NCBI RefSeq assembly: GCF_008831285.2
Contig: NC_045138.2
Location: forward strand, 39,432,001-39,496,000
Direction: 5' to 3'
Origin: Nymphaea colorata
Taxonomy: Eukaryota
DNA: 64,000 bases
Part shown: positions 11,633 to 24,800 of the stretch, piece by piece
Position numbering within the stretch: position 1 is the first letter of the stretch
Layout of the letters: each line of letters begins with the position of its first letter
The notes under the pieces: generated by a model
The model's database searches: none
Told to the model about the DNA's origin: nothing
The model's input: the letters and a program-made list of their open reading frames with translations, nothing else
Made by a program: the position numbers and the translations under genes

Positions 11633-14600
11633 ATGGCGACAACTCACTCTGTCGGAGATTCGCCAAACAGCTTTAAGAGTGGGAACCATGACCAAGGTAC
11701 GATAAAGATTACTACTGTTTTCTTGAATGAAACAAATTATCTGAGTTGGGCAAAAGCAGTTCGTTTATTCTTGAGCGGACGTTCAAAGATAGGCTATATT
11801 AATGGAAAAATCATGGCTCCTCTTCCATCTGATCCCAAATTCGATGAATGGCAATCAGAGAATGACATGGTTATGTCATGGATGATAAATTCCATGGAAC
11901 CATCAATTGCAAATCTGTTTCTATATCAGGAAACAGCCAAAGGCGTATGGGATACTTTGAAAGAAATGTATGGCCAGCAGAACAATTTAGCTCGGGTGTA
12001 TCAAATACAACTTGAAATTGCGAATCTGCAGAAAGAAGGTAAACAAACTCATCTCTACTTAAATCAATTGCGTTGTCTCTATGATGAACTACTACAATAT
12101 CGACCAGCCGCTTCTGATCCGGAGGTTTACAAGCAGAGATTTGAGGAAGATAAAGTGTTTAAAGTACTCGCAGGACTCGGAACTGACTATGAAAGCCTTA
12201 GAAGTCAGATTCTCATGACTAAGCCACTGCTGAAGTTTAATGAAGTATGTCAAGCGATCCAGAGGGAGGACGCACGCAGGAAAGTTATGAATGTCACGTC
12301 CAAAGATGAGATTAATGAAGGGACTCAAGAACGAATGGTGTGTCTTGCTAACGAAGGTAAACATGAAGGAATGGCATACTTCACTCGACCTGAAAAACCC
12401 ACGTATAAGGTGGAGCATAGAAACCAGACAAATACAAATACTAAAAATCGCAGCAAGTTGCGGTGTTCGTATTGCAAGAAAGTTGGTCATGCTCGTGAGA
12501 AGTGTTGGGAACTTGTCGGCAAGCCCACCAAGGAGAAAACAATCTCTTCAAATCAGGCAGATCTTGCACACTTTGTTACCAAGGATGACTTAGAAATTTT
12601 TTTTCAGCATTTCTCCAAATCCAACCTCGTCTCAAGTCAACCAGTTGGATCATCTACGGAAGGTAATAACCATGCTTTATTTACTCAAGCAAAGTCTCCT
12701 TTATGGGTTATCGATTCTGGGGCAACTGATCATATGACCAATGATCCTCTTAAGTTAGTCGATCTTGATAGAGGAAATAAAAAACCAGTGTTTACTGCTG
12801 ATGGTACCACTATAGCTGTCACTGGGATTGGAAAAACCAATTTTTTTACAAATCATAAGACATCTAATGTTCTCTATGTGCCAAGAATCTCTACCAATTT
12901 AATGTCTGTTAGCAAAATCACTAATGATTATAACTGTGTGGCGATTTTCTCTCCAAAGGATGTGATTTTTCAGGACTTCCAAACGAAGAAAGTGATTGGT
13001 AGGGGTCGAGAGCAAGATGGTCTATATGTGATGGAGAACTTTGGAGTGAGTTGTTTTACTCGTACAAGCATGAAGAATAAAGAGTACCTCACATGGCACG
13101 CTAGACTTGGTCATATTGCTAATCAAAGCTTGAAGACCTTGGTCCCTCATCTCACTCTAGAAGAACATTCTTGTGACGCATGTGAATTCTCTAAGTCTAC
13201 CAGGCTACCATTTCATACCTCTACTGAAAGGTCCACCAAGATATTCGAGTTGGTTCACTCAGACGTATGGGGACCTACTCCTATGGAATCGTATAATGGT
13301 TACAGGTACTATGTGTCATTTGATGATAAAACTCGTATGTCATGGATTTTCTTTCTTAGAAATAAGAGTGAAGTGATTGTTGTATTTGAAGAGTTCTATT
13401 ATATGGTATTGACTCAGTATGGGACCAAAATTAAAAATCTTAGGTCTGACAATGGGGGGGAATATGTGAATGATTCCTTTTGCAATTTCATGAGAAAAAA
13501 TGGTATACAACCTCAATACACGTGTGCAGGCACTCCACAACAAAATGGAGTTGCAGAGAGAAAAAATCGTCAGCTACTAAATATTGCTAGATCTATCATG
13601 ATGCATATGCATGTTCCCCAAAATTTTTTGGTCTGATGCTATTGGTACAGCATGTTATCTTGCCAACCGAATACCAAACTCAAGTGTTGAAAATCAAATT
13701 CCTTTGGAACTCCTACTGCAGAGGCCTATTTCTATACGACATCTTAAAGTGTTTGGGTGTAAATGCTTCGTTCATATTCAGGAAAAATTTCGAAATAAAC
13801 TTGAGAAGCGAGCAATGAAGTGTATTTTTTTGGGGTATTCCAGCAAGAAAAAGGGCTACAAATGTTATGAGCCAGTTTTGAAAAAATTGTTTGTGACCAG
13901 AGATGTCAAATTCTTTGAACATGAGTCATTCTATGAGAAAGCAAATCAGGGGGAGGCACACGCCCATGGAGATGGAATCATGGCATACAATGATAATATT
14001 GTTCTTCCTTTAGTGGATGTTTTTACCTCGACTTCCAAATCTATTATGGAAAACCAGCCTTCACCCACCAATTCTATCCTTGAACCTATCCAAACTAGTG
14101 AAGCTAACCAAGAAAATCAACTTCTTCGCCGTTCCACTCGTCCTACTAGACCTCCATCTAGACTTAGTGATTTTTATACATACCTATCAACCAACCATGA
14201 TCATTCTATAGATAAGTACCTAACATTCGAGACCATGTCTAAACCTTATCGATCCTATATCTTAAACACTTATACTCACCAAGAACCCAAAACCTATGAA
14301 GAGGCTAACAAACATCCACAATGGAAACAAGCCATGATGGAAGAACTTTCAGCATTAGATAAAAATCAGACTTGGGATTTGGTTCCTCTGCCGAAGGAGA
14401 AGAAAACTGTGGGATGCAAGTGGGTTTACAAAATAAAATATCACAGTGATGGCACCATAGAACGGTATAAGGCTCGTTTGGTTGCAAAAGGTTTTACTCA
14501 AACTGAAGGGATTGATTACAATGAAACGTTTGCTCCTGTTGCTAAGATGAACACAGTTAGAACTCTTATATCTGTGGCTTCAAACAAAAGATGGAACCTA

Positions 14601-15825
14601 ACTCAACTAGATGTTAAGAATGCTTTTTTACATGGAAAACTTGATGAAGAGGTCTACATGGAAGCACCGCAGGGAATATCCAATGAAAAAGGGTACGTAT
14701 GCAAATTGAAAAAAGCACTTTATGGTCTGAAACAATCTCCAAGAGCATGGTTTTCTCGACTAAGTGATGCTCTTGTTAGTATTGGTTTTAAGAGAAGTGT
14801 TGCAGATTATACTATGTTTACATGTATTCGAGATTCAAAAATAACTATTCTACTTGTGTATGTAGATGACATCATTATGACAGGTGATAATGAGGAGTTT
14901 ATGATTCATGTAAAAAAATACCTCAACAAACAATTTGAGATCAAGGATCTTGGAAAGTTGAGGTACTTCTTGGGGATAGAAGAAGATAGAAGTTGCTCAT
15001 TCAGACAAAGGTGTGTTTCTATGTCAAAGAAAGTACACTTTAGATCTTCTAAAAGAGACAAAGCACTTGGGTGTTAAAACTGCGGACACACCTCTTGAAC
15101 AAAATTGCAAGTTAAGAAAGGACGAAGGAACAGAAGTAAAGAACATCCAAAGCTTTCAGAAACTTGTTGGCAAACTTATATATTTGACAGTAACCAGGCC
15201 AGACATTACTCATGCTGTTAGTACTATAAGCCAGTATATGCATAAGCCAAGATCCACACATGTTGATGCTGCAAATAGAATACTAAAATACTTAAAGGGC
15301 TCCCCAGGAAAGGGCATTCTGATGAAACGTGATCAGCCTATTGATGTGGTAGGCTACTCTGATGCTGATTGGGCTGGCGACCCAAATGATAGAAGGTCTA
15401 CTTCCGGATTTTGCACATTTGTTGGTGGCAACTTAGTTACATGGAAGAGCAAGAAACAATCTGTTGTAGCCCGATCAAGTGCCGAAGCAGAGTATAGAGC
15501 TATGGCGGCATGTACTTGTGAATTGGTATGGATGAAAGCTATTCTAAAAGACATGAATATTGAAGTAAAAGAGCCAATGAAACTTATGTGCGATAATATG
15601 GCAGCTATATACATTGGAGCAAATCCTGTCTATCATGAACGCACAAAGCATATTGAAGTTGATTGTCACTTCATTAAAGAAAAAATTCAAGATGGAACAA
15701 TTCAGACGCCACATGTGAAGAGCGAATACCAATTGGCAGATATTTTTACTAAGTCTCTTGGGAAGGAACGACATAGATATATTGTTAACAAGTTGGGGTA
15801 GATTGATATCTGCGCACCAACTTGA
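11633..15825 (+). pseudogene. Copia gag-pol polyprotein with 2 frameshifts and a near-terminal stop
   Basis: Zn knuckle CSYCKKVGHAREKC, protease WVIDSGATDHM, integrase LRSDNGGEY...QNGVAERKN, RT LDVKNAFLHG and YVDDII, RNaseH YSDADWAG. Frame breaks at about 13619 and about 14983; TAG at 15799-15801 just before the IDICAPT* tail. Confidence 0.95.
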
Positions 15826-15834
15826 GGGGGAGAT

Positions 15835-16174
15835 TGTTGGATCTTCCTATCAAGGAGAAGAGGAGATCACGTTAATCAATTACGACATTCTTGGAAAGAG
15901 ATGAGGAGATTGTGTCGATCATAGACAGAGATTTTTGGAGATATCTCTTTCAAGCTTTTCTGGTTTATCCCTAACGTTTCTCTCCCTCTCATCTTTAGCC
16001 GATTGTAAATTGCTGCTATAAATATCTCCCTTGTATCTCTGATTGTTTAAAGTTCTGAATAAACAAGAGCTCCTCTCTTCTCTCGTGGATGTAGGCTAAC
16101 ATGCCGAACCACGTATTTTTCTGTGTGCTGTGATTGATTATGAATGTGGTGTAACAATCACAAAGTTTTCATCA
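15835..16174 (+). repeat. 3' LTR of the copia element
   Basis: Direct repeat of 10727-11066, preceded by the polypurine tract. Confidence 0.97.
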
Positions 16175-19100
16175 GTGCTATCCAATTGGGTCGAGAAATT
16201 AGAAGCCACTGTGATTGGGTCTGGACCTCATTGGATATTTCAGATTCAAATTACATTGGACTTGTGTGCCTAAACGTTATCCCAGTTTCCCATCCGCTAG
16301 TAATTTCAGATCCACTCTTTCACACTGAATCTTACCGAACCATCTTTACCCGATTTCAAATTCATCACAATTTAGAATGGATGTAATGAACGGCCCATAT
16401 CTTTATATTAAAACTCTCCGCGGTTCACATATGCAACAACTGCATCCCAGTTGAGCCAGATCCGATTTAGGGTTCAAGTTTTTGTCGTCTTAAAAATGGT
16501 TGAAGCTTGGGTTAGATCTGGTGGGTAGTAGCGGGGGTTCAGCCTCATCTTTCAGATAAGAAGCCATGGGTTTTGATCTTCACACGCGCTTGTCACTCTT
16601 GATGCAAATTGTGCTTTCTGAAACCGAAGAAGTTGAGTCAAGAGCAGTTCCATTGCTGCTCGTCAAATTAAAGAAACATCTGGAAATGAAAGAAAAAGAG
16701 AAAGGAAATGCTCTAAATTTTAGTGGATTTCTACAACTACTGGTCGCAAATCGGATACTAAATATAGAGATTAGAAGAGCTGGTGACCTCTCGGATAGTA
16801 AGAGTTCTCAAATATTATAAGGAGCAACGTATACTAGTTAATGAAACAAAGCAAAAAAGAAAACAAAATGAAACTAAAACATGCGCATAATATTTAATAA
16901 AAAAGAAACATACCTACAACCTTCCGATACACTGTTAAAACGCATCTACGTTTTGCATTATTAATAACAAAAAAAAAAAAAGAAAATCTGTCAGTTAAAC
17001 TTGGGTGTTACTAGCTTAAGTTGAAGGATATAGAGATAAAATGATTAAAATGCCTTTAATAAACAAAATTCCATGTTCATTATAAATTATCACTTTTGTT
17101 AATGTTGATAGAAAGCTGTGTGAAACAAAGAAGATACCTCTCTCTCTCTCTCCACCTTTTTCCCCCTTCTTCTCATGATGGATGAAGTTTGGCACATAAA
17201 TTAAGAAGGATCCAATTGGAAGCTGACGATTATAAAGAAAGAAGTCGTCTCCTTCGTTTGAATTTTTGTGAAATTGAACGCATGAAGACATAAACTTTAC
17301 AGCTTCGGATATAATTACTACTGTAGATGCATCACATATCTCAACGGGAAAACGCATGCAAGGCAAAAAGCGTACGCACGATTGGTTGCTGCCTATTTCC
17401 TGATCTGAAATCCTTGCACTTTGGAAACCGCCGTTTATGAAAGCAGTGTTGAGATGCCAACTTTCTGCTTCAGATCTTAGATCTGCGAATTGAGATCCAC
17501 AGATATCAGGTCCGAAGGGTTCCCCTACTTTTCATATCTTTTAAGAGGAACAATCACACAAAAACCATACCCTCTAAGACCTCAGTGGCCCTGCCTTGTG
17601 AATTCATACTTCTGCTTAGTTAAGAATTTAAATGAAATCTTTTTGAATCAGATATCCAACCAAACTGTAAAAAAAAAAAAAAAAAAATCGGAATGGAATG
17701 TATTGAATCCGTTCGCTTACTGAGCCTCACACAAGATGCCATTGTCAAACCAGAAGAAAAAACAACAAAGACAGGGACAAGGACGATCAATTTGGATCTA
17801 CGTGCCTCCTTCTGCCTCTTCACGAACTGTTTTAACCGAGGTGAACCGTGCAACGCTTTGTCATTGTGGGGGCAGTTTGCCAGATCATTTTTGCTGGTCG
17901 GATGGTTAATAATTTTTCATCTGTCGTACTTACTGTGCTCTCACAGGGCTACGAATTACTGGAAAGAATAGAGAAGCGGAAACTAAAAGCCAACAAATAC
18001 CAGAAGAATGTTGAGATTCTACAAGGTCCAATGAAAGGGAACAACTAGAAATCTGTGAAGACAGAGAAGAAATTAAGATGGGCAGAAGATTAACCAAGAG
18101 AAGAAGCAGTACGCAACCTCCACATAGCCTGAAACTTTGGGGATGTCAACCGGTCGTTGAAGTCTATTGCCGACTTGAAATCAGAACTATTTAGTCAGAT
18201 CCGGTGATCAAAATAGGACATAAATCCAAATTGGATTTGAAGTCTATATATATCATTTGGGTTGGAATGTCAACGGATCGGATTTTGAATCGCATGTGTT
18301 CTTAACCAACGGATGCTTACATATTGAGATTCACACGCAAATGAAAAAAGTCAAATCTCAATCCAAATATGAAATATGATTCCACAATCTGAACGTGGTC
18401 CGAAACTGATGCTTGAAGCCGAATTTTAAATTGAATCCAACTGACTTTGAAAATCTAGGGACATTGTGTATAGAATATTTATTTAAAAATAAATCCAATC
18501 TGAATCCAATGGATGTTCATGTATATTACAAAATCCGAACCCAAATTCATTGGGCGTCATTTCTTTCATCTGATTCTGACTTATTTCTCAATCCGATGTT
18601 AAAATTTTGTCCATATCACTTTTTTTTTTTTTATGATAACCGATATCCCTAGATTTGGGCGACCAAACTTTAAAAGCGAGTCTCATATACTCGAAAAATC
18701 GGAAAAGAAAGCCTGATCTGGTACATTGAGTCGAATCTCATAGTTGTGGTACATCTGGAAGTGAGTTTTAGAAATTCGGGTTTGAGTTGAATTCGGGATC
18801 TGAATAGATGTAGGTGTAAGTTGAATCACATGAAAATCTCATTGCCTGATATAGACGAGCTCTATGTACAAGTAGACGAAGGCATTTGCCAAATGAAAGG
18901 CAGAAAAGTGAAAGCCTTCCAACAACTATAAAAACGGGGAAAGTAAAAAAGGAACCATTTCGTTTGTTGATTGGGCTTGTGAGTGGTGCACCACTGCCAC
19001 TGCCACTAGACTCAGTGCTCGTTCCCTCATGCCTGCCAAAAACTAGTGGCGCACACGGTATAGCCAATAACTGGATGCTCTGGTTCGAATTAGGGTTCGA

Positions 19101-19487
19101 GTTCCATGAGTGTCAGCTCTCTGCATAACAACTGTTTAGATTTCAGAACTCGGGCTGCATAACACATATCGTCTCAACCAGTGGCAGACCAAAGAGAAAA
19201 TGATTAGAGGGTAAAACCAATAAGTTTTTTTTTTTAAACAAACTTTATAAGTGTCCAGTTCACATTGTCATAGCCATTTTTTGGAATCGAGAAAAGTGCT
19301 AGCGTCGACGACAGCAAGACAAAGTTTTTTTTTTTTTAGAAAAAGACCTTTCAAGCCATCAAACATGGCCTCGATTTGAAAAAAACAAAATTTTACCCTC
19401 TATAAACTTTTCCTGAAAAGTTTACCAGTCAAATATATACACTGCCATCAAAACCTACCTACCTAAATGAAGAAAAAATGTTTGAAA

Positions 19488-19496
<9 letters not shown>

Positions 19497-19529
<33 letters not shown>
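19497..19529. repeat. (AT)n microsatellite
   Basis: Perfect AT run. Confidence 0.95.
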
Positions 19530-19530
<1 letters not shown>

Positions 19531-20234
19531 TTAGATATGCTGTCAAAAGAATATCCAAAAACAGGTGCCATCCTCAAATCAAATCAGCCACTGAGTTAAA
19601 ATCAATTTGACACACACAGAACGGGCAAGCTCTCCAATCGGGTCAGACCTCATGTTGAAGCTGCGGCGGAGATTCTGCCGCTGCATCGCGCGGGGACCAC
19701 GCCCCATATCTTGAATATCATGCTCGAGCACCAAAAACCGGTCATTCTGATCAACACGTGGCGACCCAGTACTGAAGGAATTCATAGATTTCGCGTGCAT
19801 GTTCCTTTTAGTTTATGCCAGCTTATATCTGTAAGGAAAAGAAAGAAAGATACCGCATTTAAGAAGAAAGGGTGGTTAACGCTGTGGACGCTTCTGGTTG
19901 CATTGAGAAACGCATCTTATTAATTGTTGTCTCTGCATTTACGCTTGGAAAGCAACTACAAAAATTTAGTCACATGTGGGACGAATTTCATATATCAGAG
20001 ACAGCCAGGGATTCTAGATTCTCATTACCATCCAACAACAAGAAGACAACAACCGATAGGCCATACAACAACCAAACGATGCTCGAGTCAGATCAATGTG
20101 ATCGACAAACAATATCTCCAAAAGAAAGATATAAAAGAAAAAACGAAATCCGCCTCTCTATTGCTCTTATCCACTGTTGTTCCTTTTTTTTTTTTCAATT
20201 TTTGCTTTACTGAACCTAGTCTAAGCTCCAAGCT

Positions 20235-21677
20235 CTAGGATCGATCAAGCCGGGCGGAGGGCTTGGTGTTGGCCCACTGGTCGGCGAGCAGGGCCAGGCG
20301 ACGAGAAGAGGATCCCTCCTCAGCGAGCGCTTGGCTGGCGGCCTCTTTCAGCTCGCCCACTCTCTTCCTCAGCTTCTTCCCGACCTCGCTTTCCATCAGC
20401 AACCTCACCACCCGCTCGACCTCTCCTCTGGGCACCAGCCCCTTCTCGTAGTCCACGCTCACGCTTATGCCGATCTCATCCGCCAGCATCCGGGCGTTCA
20501 TTCTCTGCTCCGCGTACAGCGGCCACCCGATCATGGGCACGCCGTAGACCACGCTCTCCAGGCTCGAGTTCCAGCCGCAGTGCGACAGGAACCCGCCGAC
20601 GGCCTCGTGGCTCAGCACCTTCACCTGCGGCGCCCATTCCGGCACCACCAACCCCACCTCCGCCGTTCTCTCCACGAACCCCTCGGGCAGGAACCTCGCG
20701 GGGCTGTTGTCCTCTCCGGCTCCCGTCCCGAAATAGGCACCCGCGGCGAAGCTCTGCGGCTTCCTCACCACCCACAGGAACCTCTGCCCACTCTTCTCGA
20801 GACCCAGAGCTAGCTCCGCCAGTTGCCCCTCCGTCATTGTCCCTCCGCTCCCGAAGGAAACGAACAGCACCGAACCGCGCGGCTGCCCGTCGAGCCACCT
20901 CAAGCACTCCTCCCGGCTTTCGCCGGCATCGGAGCTCGCCTTCTTGACCAGCGGGCCGATAGGGTACACCGGCGGGATGTCACCGTTATAATCCCGACCC
21001 CCCAACAGGGACTTGATCGCCCTGGTCTCGAGCTCGTCGAAGCTGTTGACCATGATTCCGGTTGCCTCCCTGTAGCGGCAGGAATGGTGAAGGAACCACC
21101 TGTAGGCGTCGTCCTGCCGGTTTTGCAGCGGATCGATCAACTCGGTCCCCTTGAAAGGTGGGCAACCGGGGGCCTGCACCGGCTCCTTGAGATCCCTGTA
21201 CTCCCCTGGGATCCTCTCATGGAGGGTGCGCAGGTAAAGCATGAAGGAGAGGACGGTGGCCGTCGAGGGGAAGAAGACGTAGGTCGGCAACGCGAGCTCC
21301 TTGGCGACGTCAAGGGTGTCAGTGGAAAAGAGGTCGGCGACGAAGGCGGTGATGGGGCGTATCTCGGATAGGACTTTCCTCAGGGGCTCGAGGGAGCGCT
21401 TGATGACGACGGACATGATGGTCTCTATCATGGTGGTCGGAGGGTAGTCGGAGGTGTCCACCGGAGGGAGAGTGATGGAGTCGATGCTCGGGTGGTCGGA
21501 GAACTTGGCAAGGGCGGAAGCGGGGAACTGGCCGGAGACGGTGACGAGGGTGATGGAGATGTCCCGGTGGCAGAGCAGGAGTTTGGCAAATTCCATGATG
21601 GGGATGAGATGGCCCATGCCGGTGCTGGGCATGATGAGGACATGAGGCTTCTCGCTGTTGTGATTCACCACTTCCAT
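20235..21677 (-). CDS. UDP-glycosyltransferase, UGT72(B)-like / hydroquinone glucosyltransferase-like, 480 aa, intronless
   Basis: Starts MEVVNHNSEKPHVLIMPSTGMGHLIP (catalytic His). Has DLF Asp, VSFGSGGT and a full PSPG box WAPQVKVLSH...WPLYAEQ. The ORF track extends 31 codons upstream from a non-ATG codon; the GCCATGG ATG at 21677 is the likely start. Confidence 0.95.
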   Translation of the reverse strand: MEVVNHNSEKPHVLIMPSTGMGHLIPIMEFAKLLLCHRDISITLVTVSGQFPASALAKFSDHPSIDSITLPPVDTSDYPPTTMIETIMSVVIKRSLEPLRKVLSEIRPITAFVADLFSTDTLDVAKELALPTYVFFPSTATVLSFMLYLRTLHERIPGEYRDLKEPVQAPGCPPFKGTELIDPLQNRQDDAYRWFLHHSCRYREATGIMVNSFDELETRAIKSLLGGRDYNGDIPPVYPIGPLVKKASSDAGESREECLRWLDGQPRGSVLFVSFGSGGTMTEGQLAELALGLEKSGQRFLWVVRKPQSFAAGAYFGTGAGEDNSPARFLPEGFVERTAEVGLVVPEWAPQVKVLSHEAVGGFLSHCGWNSSLESVVYGVPMIGWPLYAEQRMNARMLADEIGISVSVDYEKGLVPRGEVERVVRLLMESEVGKKLRKRVGELKEAASQALAEEGSSSRRLALLADQWANTKPSARLDRS

Positions 21678-21829
21678 GGCTCCTCTGGAATCCTCGGTAG
21701 CCTGCGCAGGCAGATTCAGGAAGCAAGAAAGAAAAAAGGTACTGCTGCAGACTGTACAGATGGAAAACAAACGGAAGAGAACAAGCTCTCGCAGTTTTCT
21801 TTTGTCGTGAAAGAGAAGGTCGAGAGGGA

Positions 21830-21840
21830 CTTTTTATAGA
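21830..21840 (-). promoter_or_regulatory. Putative TATA box of the UGT at 21677
   Basis: CTATAAAAA on the minus strand about 155 bp upstream of the ATG. Analogous CCTATAAAT motifs lie upstream of the UGTs at 31539 and 36081. Confidence 0.5.
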
Positions 21841-24800
21841 CAGCATTTCTTATCAGGCAGTGGACAACTCTTCGTCAAACCACCAGCTCCACGTGCTTTT
21901 CCTCTGCGTGCAATCTGCACCCACCCCACATATCCTAAACGTGTCGCTTTCTGATCCCTTCATCTTCCAGATGGACGGCGCCCGCTATTCCAACGGATGG
22001 TCGAAGGTTGGAGCCACCCAGAAATACAACTTTTAACTGACTAGTCTGCCCACCATTTGACCAAAATTGGACGAACTGTGAACGCCTTGTGCATGAGTCC
22101 CATCGTCATGTGCCGTTTCTTGCGTCAAACGAGCTTAAAAACTTTTCTGCGCCCTTGCTAAGACGGAAAAGGAATTGAGTTGCGTGCTTGGACGAACCCA
22201 AGTAATTCACCCTTTGAATTGGCAAGTCATTCCATAAAGAAAAAAATAAAAATAAAAATAAAAATAGCCCGTGATTTTTGCTTTTGGCTGGTGTTTAGAA
22301 AGACCAAGGTCTTCATGTATAACATTGCAAAAACAAAAAACTAAATGGGGATCAGCTCGGCAATCCTCCAACAGCAGGGACATGAGAAATTAGTACGTCC
22401 ATTTGAGTTGAGCTCATTGGTGCGACCAAGAGAGTCTTCCTCCGTGGAGGACGTACCTGTTCTGCCGCTCATGGCGCATACCAAACGGCCTGGTCATCCC
22501 GTTGACTAAGGAAAAGTGGGTGCCATCGTGGGGCCAGACGATCTTTCTTCGAGATGAACCGTGCTTGTGTTTGCGTGTCTAGATCCTGAATGAACGTGTA
22601 TGGGTCGGGCTTGGCAACAATCGACGTTCCATCTATAATTCTAGAAACGGAGTGGAAACACAACTGGCTTTATTTGAACCAGCTTGATGATGCCGGGAAT
22701 CTTCTCCTAGTCATCGTCTCCGGAACAAACACGAACTTGCTCCTTCTCCTCATCATCGTTCTTCCCGTTTCTATATGCAAGCGTTTGCTGCCAACTCGGC
22801 TCTACTCGTTCTACACCGTCTCGCTTCTTTTACATCCAATTATTTTATAGAAACAAGTTGAGATAGAGATGTCCATGATTATTGATTCGTCCTGTCTTTT
22901 TTTTCTTAGTCCAAAATTCTCTTGTTTCTACGGAGCAAATTAGTTAAACCTGCCTTCACTGTAGTTGGTTGGGTTGGTACTAAATGGAATCATATCGTTT
23001 TCATTATTAACCCAAATGTATTGGGTCAGTAACCAACGCAAAATACAACTCTACACCTTATTATTTGTAATTATTAAAAAAAAAATTGCAATTGATAAAG
23101 TGAAGCTCGGCTTGAAGGTTAGGTGACGAAAATGCTGACCGAAGCCGTGGTCAAAGGGCATAACGGGAATTTCAAAAAGTGGAGCCCTTCTGGCCCAAGA
23201 TTGTCGGGCAAACACCGCCGTATATCGTCCAAGAAGAAAATAATAAATAAGAGTATTTTTAATAAATAATTTTAGGTGTCCGGTCGTGCGTCACCCTTCG
23301 TTCATCAGCTTTTGTGGCGTGGGAACGGGGAGCTCCAATCAATCCACATTCCAGAAGGAGGAGGCGGGCCCCACCCCCCCCCACGTCATCCTCACGCAAT
23401 GCTGATTATATGCTCGGACTTTCGGATACCGGATCTCGTCCTTACTATCCAGCGCTCTGGAAATTGGACACTGAACCGAGACGGCCTGGTTCCCGATTCA
23501 CTGAATCCGATGAGTTGTGAATCGGTAAAAAAAAATATTACTTTGTTGATTTTTTCTTAAAGTTGAGATGAGAAAATATGTAAGAAATACATCAAATTTT
23601 AAACTAAGTTTCTCCTTGTATCTTACAAGCTATGCGTTTTTGCATGGGGTGTTTGATGGCTTGATTCTAGAATCAGAATTCTAGAATCGAATTTCCATCT
23701 CAACCTGAAATTGGAATGAAAATTCCAGTTTCAATCTATCTTCGTGTTTGGTGGTTACAACCTTAAACTCAAGTCCCTGCATCTGAGATCGAGGGTCATC
23801 TAGCGTTGATGAGTATGTGAGGAAGTAATTACATGCTACCATATTAAACATCTTCAAAATGCTTGAAATACTCGTGTGCTATCTACCATTTGAGTCCTCT
23901 TGAGATATAATTGTTAGTAAAACTAAGCATATCAGGTACTTGGGGCTGAAGGACTTCAAAATAATTGCTAAGAAGACAAGCATATAGAAATATAGCGGGG
24001 AAGTGATTTCAAAGTACTGAAAGTAAAGTAAGCCTGGCATCCTGTGAGACAAAGAGAAATCTTCTTACGCAGTAAGGTGAAATACTCTTCTGGCTCAACC
24101 AAAATCGCCTCTCTCAATTGACACAAGGGTCTCAGAATGGATCCTTTGCGCACAAGTGGACAAGCTTTCAATCACATTTTTCGTATGGATGGAGATGGGT
24201 ATAACCTTCCCCGCTGTCTCTGTTCGTAGTCAACCAAAGCAAGATAGGAGATTTCCAAATGAAATTTGAAGTTAGAAGAACAAGAATGGTCTGGTTGTTT
24301 TTGAGAAGATTAGGTGGGAAAGCGTAGTTTGAATGGCAAAAAACAATGACTAGCGAAAAGTTTCCTCGTTCAACTTGACAAAAAAGCAAAGCATTCGAAA
24401 GCAGAGAGTAGACAACCATTACTTACAGCTCCAGCTCTAACAACCATAAGGACAGCTCAAATATGGTGTCGAAAATGATGACAGAAATATGTTACAAAAT
24501 TAGGAAAAGAGAGCAATTCCAATCCCAAGAATCTCTCGCCTAAACGCATGAAATATCTGGCTGTATATCTGTCTTGCATTGTTATTTTGTTTTAACATCA
24601 AATTTCATGAAAAAATCATAAAAAAAAGGGAAAACTGCCCCCCCTGAAAAAACCGCTAGTTATATAAGAATGTACAAATGATCAACGTAAAAACGCTTAT
24701 AACAAAAGCAGACTAAGCAAAGATTGACATTTCACTGAAGCAAAGTACAGCTCCGCCATGAAGGCTCTTACAAAGAAGATTTCTCCCGCCAGCAAGTTTT

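Larger units (their letters stand above)
10727..16174 (+). mobile_element. Structurally complete Ty1/copia LTR retrotransposon (5448 bp, Ale-like architecture), coding region disrupted
   Basis: 340-bp LTRs at 10727-11066 and 15835-16174 (TG...CA, 3 mismatches), PBS TGGTATCAGAGC 11067-11078, PPT GAGGGGGAG about 15824-15832, near-perfect 5-bp TSD GGGCT/GTGCT. Domain order gag-PR-INT-RT-RNaseH. Confidence 0.98.
16413..22003. repeat. Segmental duplication, copy 2 (carries the intact UGT)
   Basis: Colinear with 1-4063. Has about 0.95 kb extra at about 19070-20030 and lacks about 0.33 kb present at about 1273-1600 of copy 1. Confidence 0.95.

Noticed and set aside
13611..13636. Programmed ribosomal frameshift in the copia pol
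   Set aside because: It lies inside integrase rather than at a gag/pol boundary and is explained by one extra C in a homopolymer.
22455..22870. Exon-like GC-balanced stretch upstream of the UGT
   Set aside because: All frames have stops and no recognisable protein motif; it may be a decayed fragment but cannot be supported.
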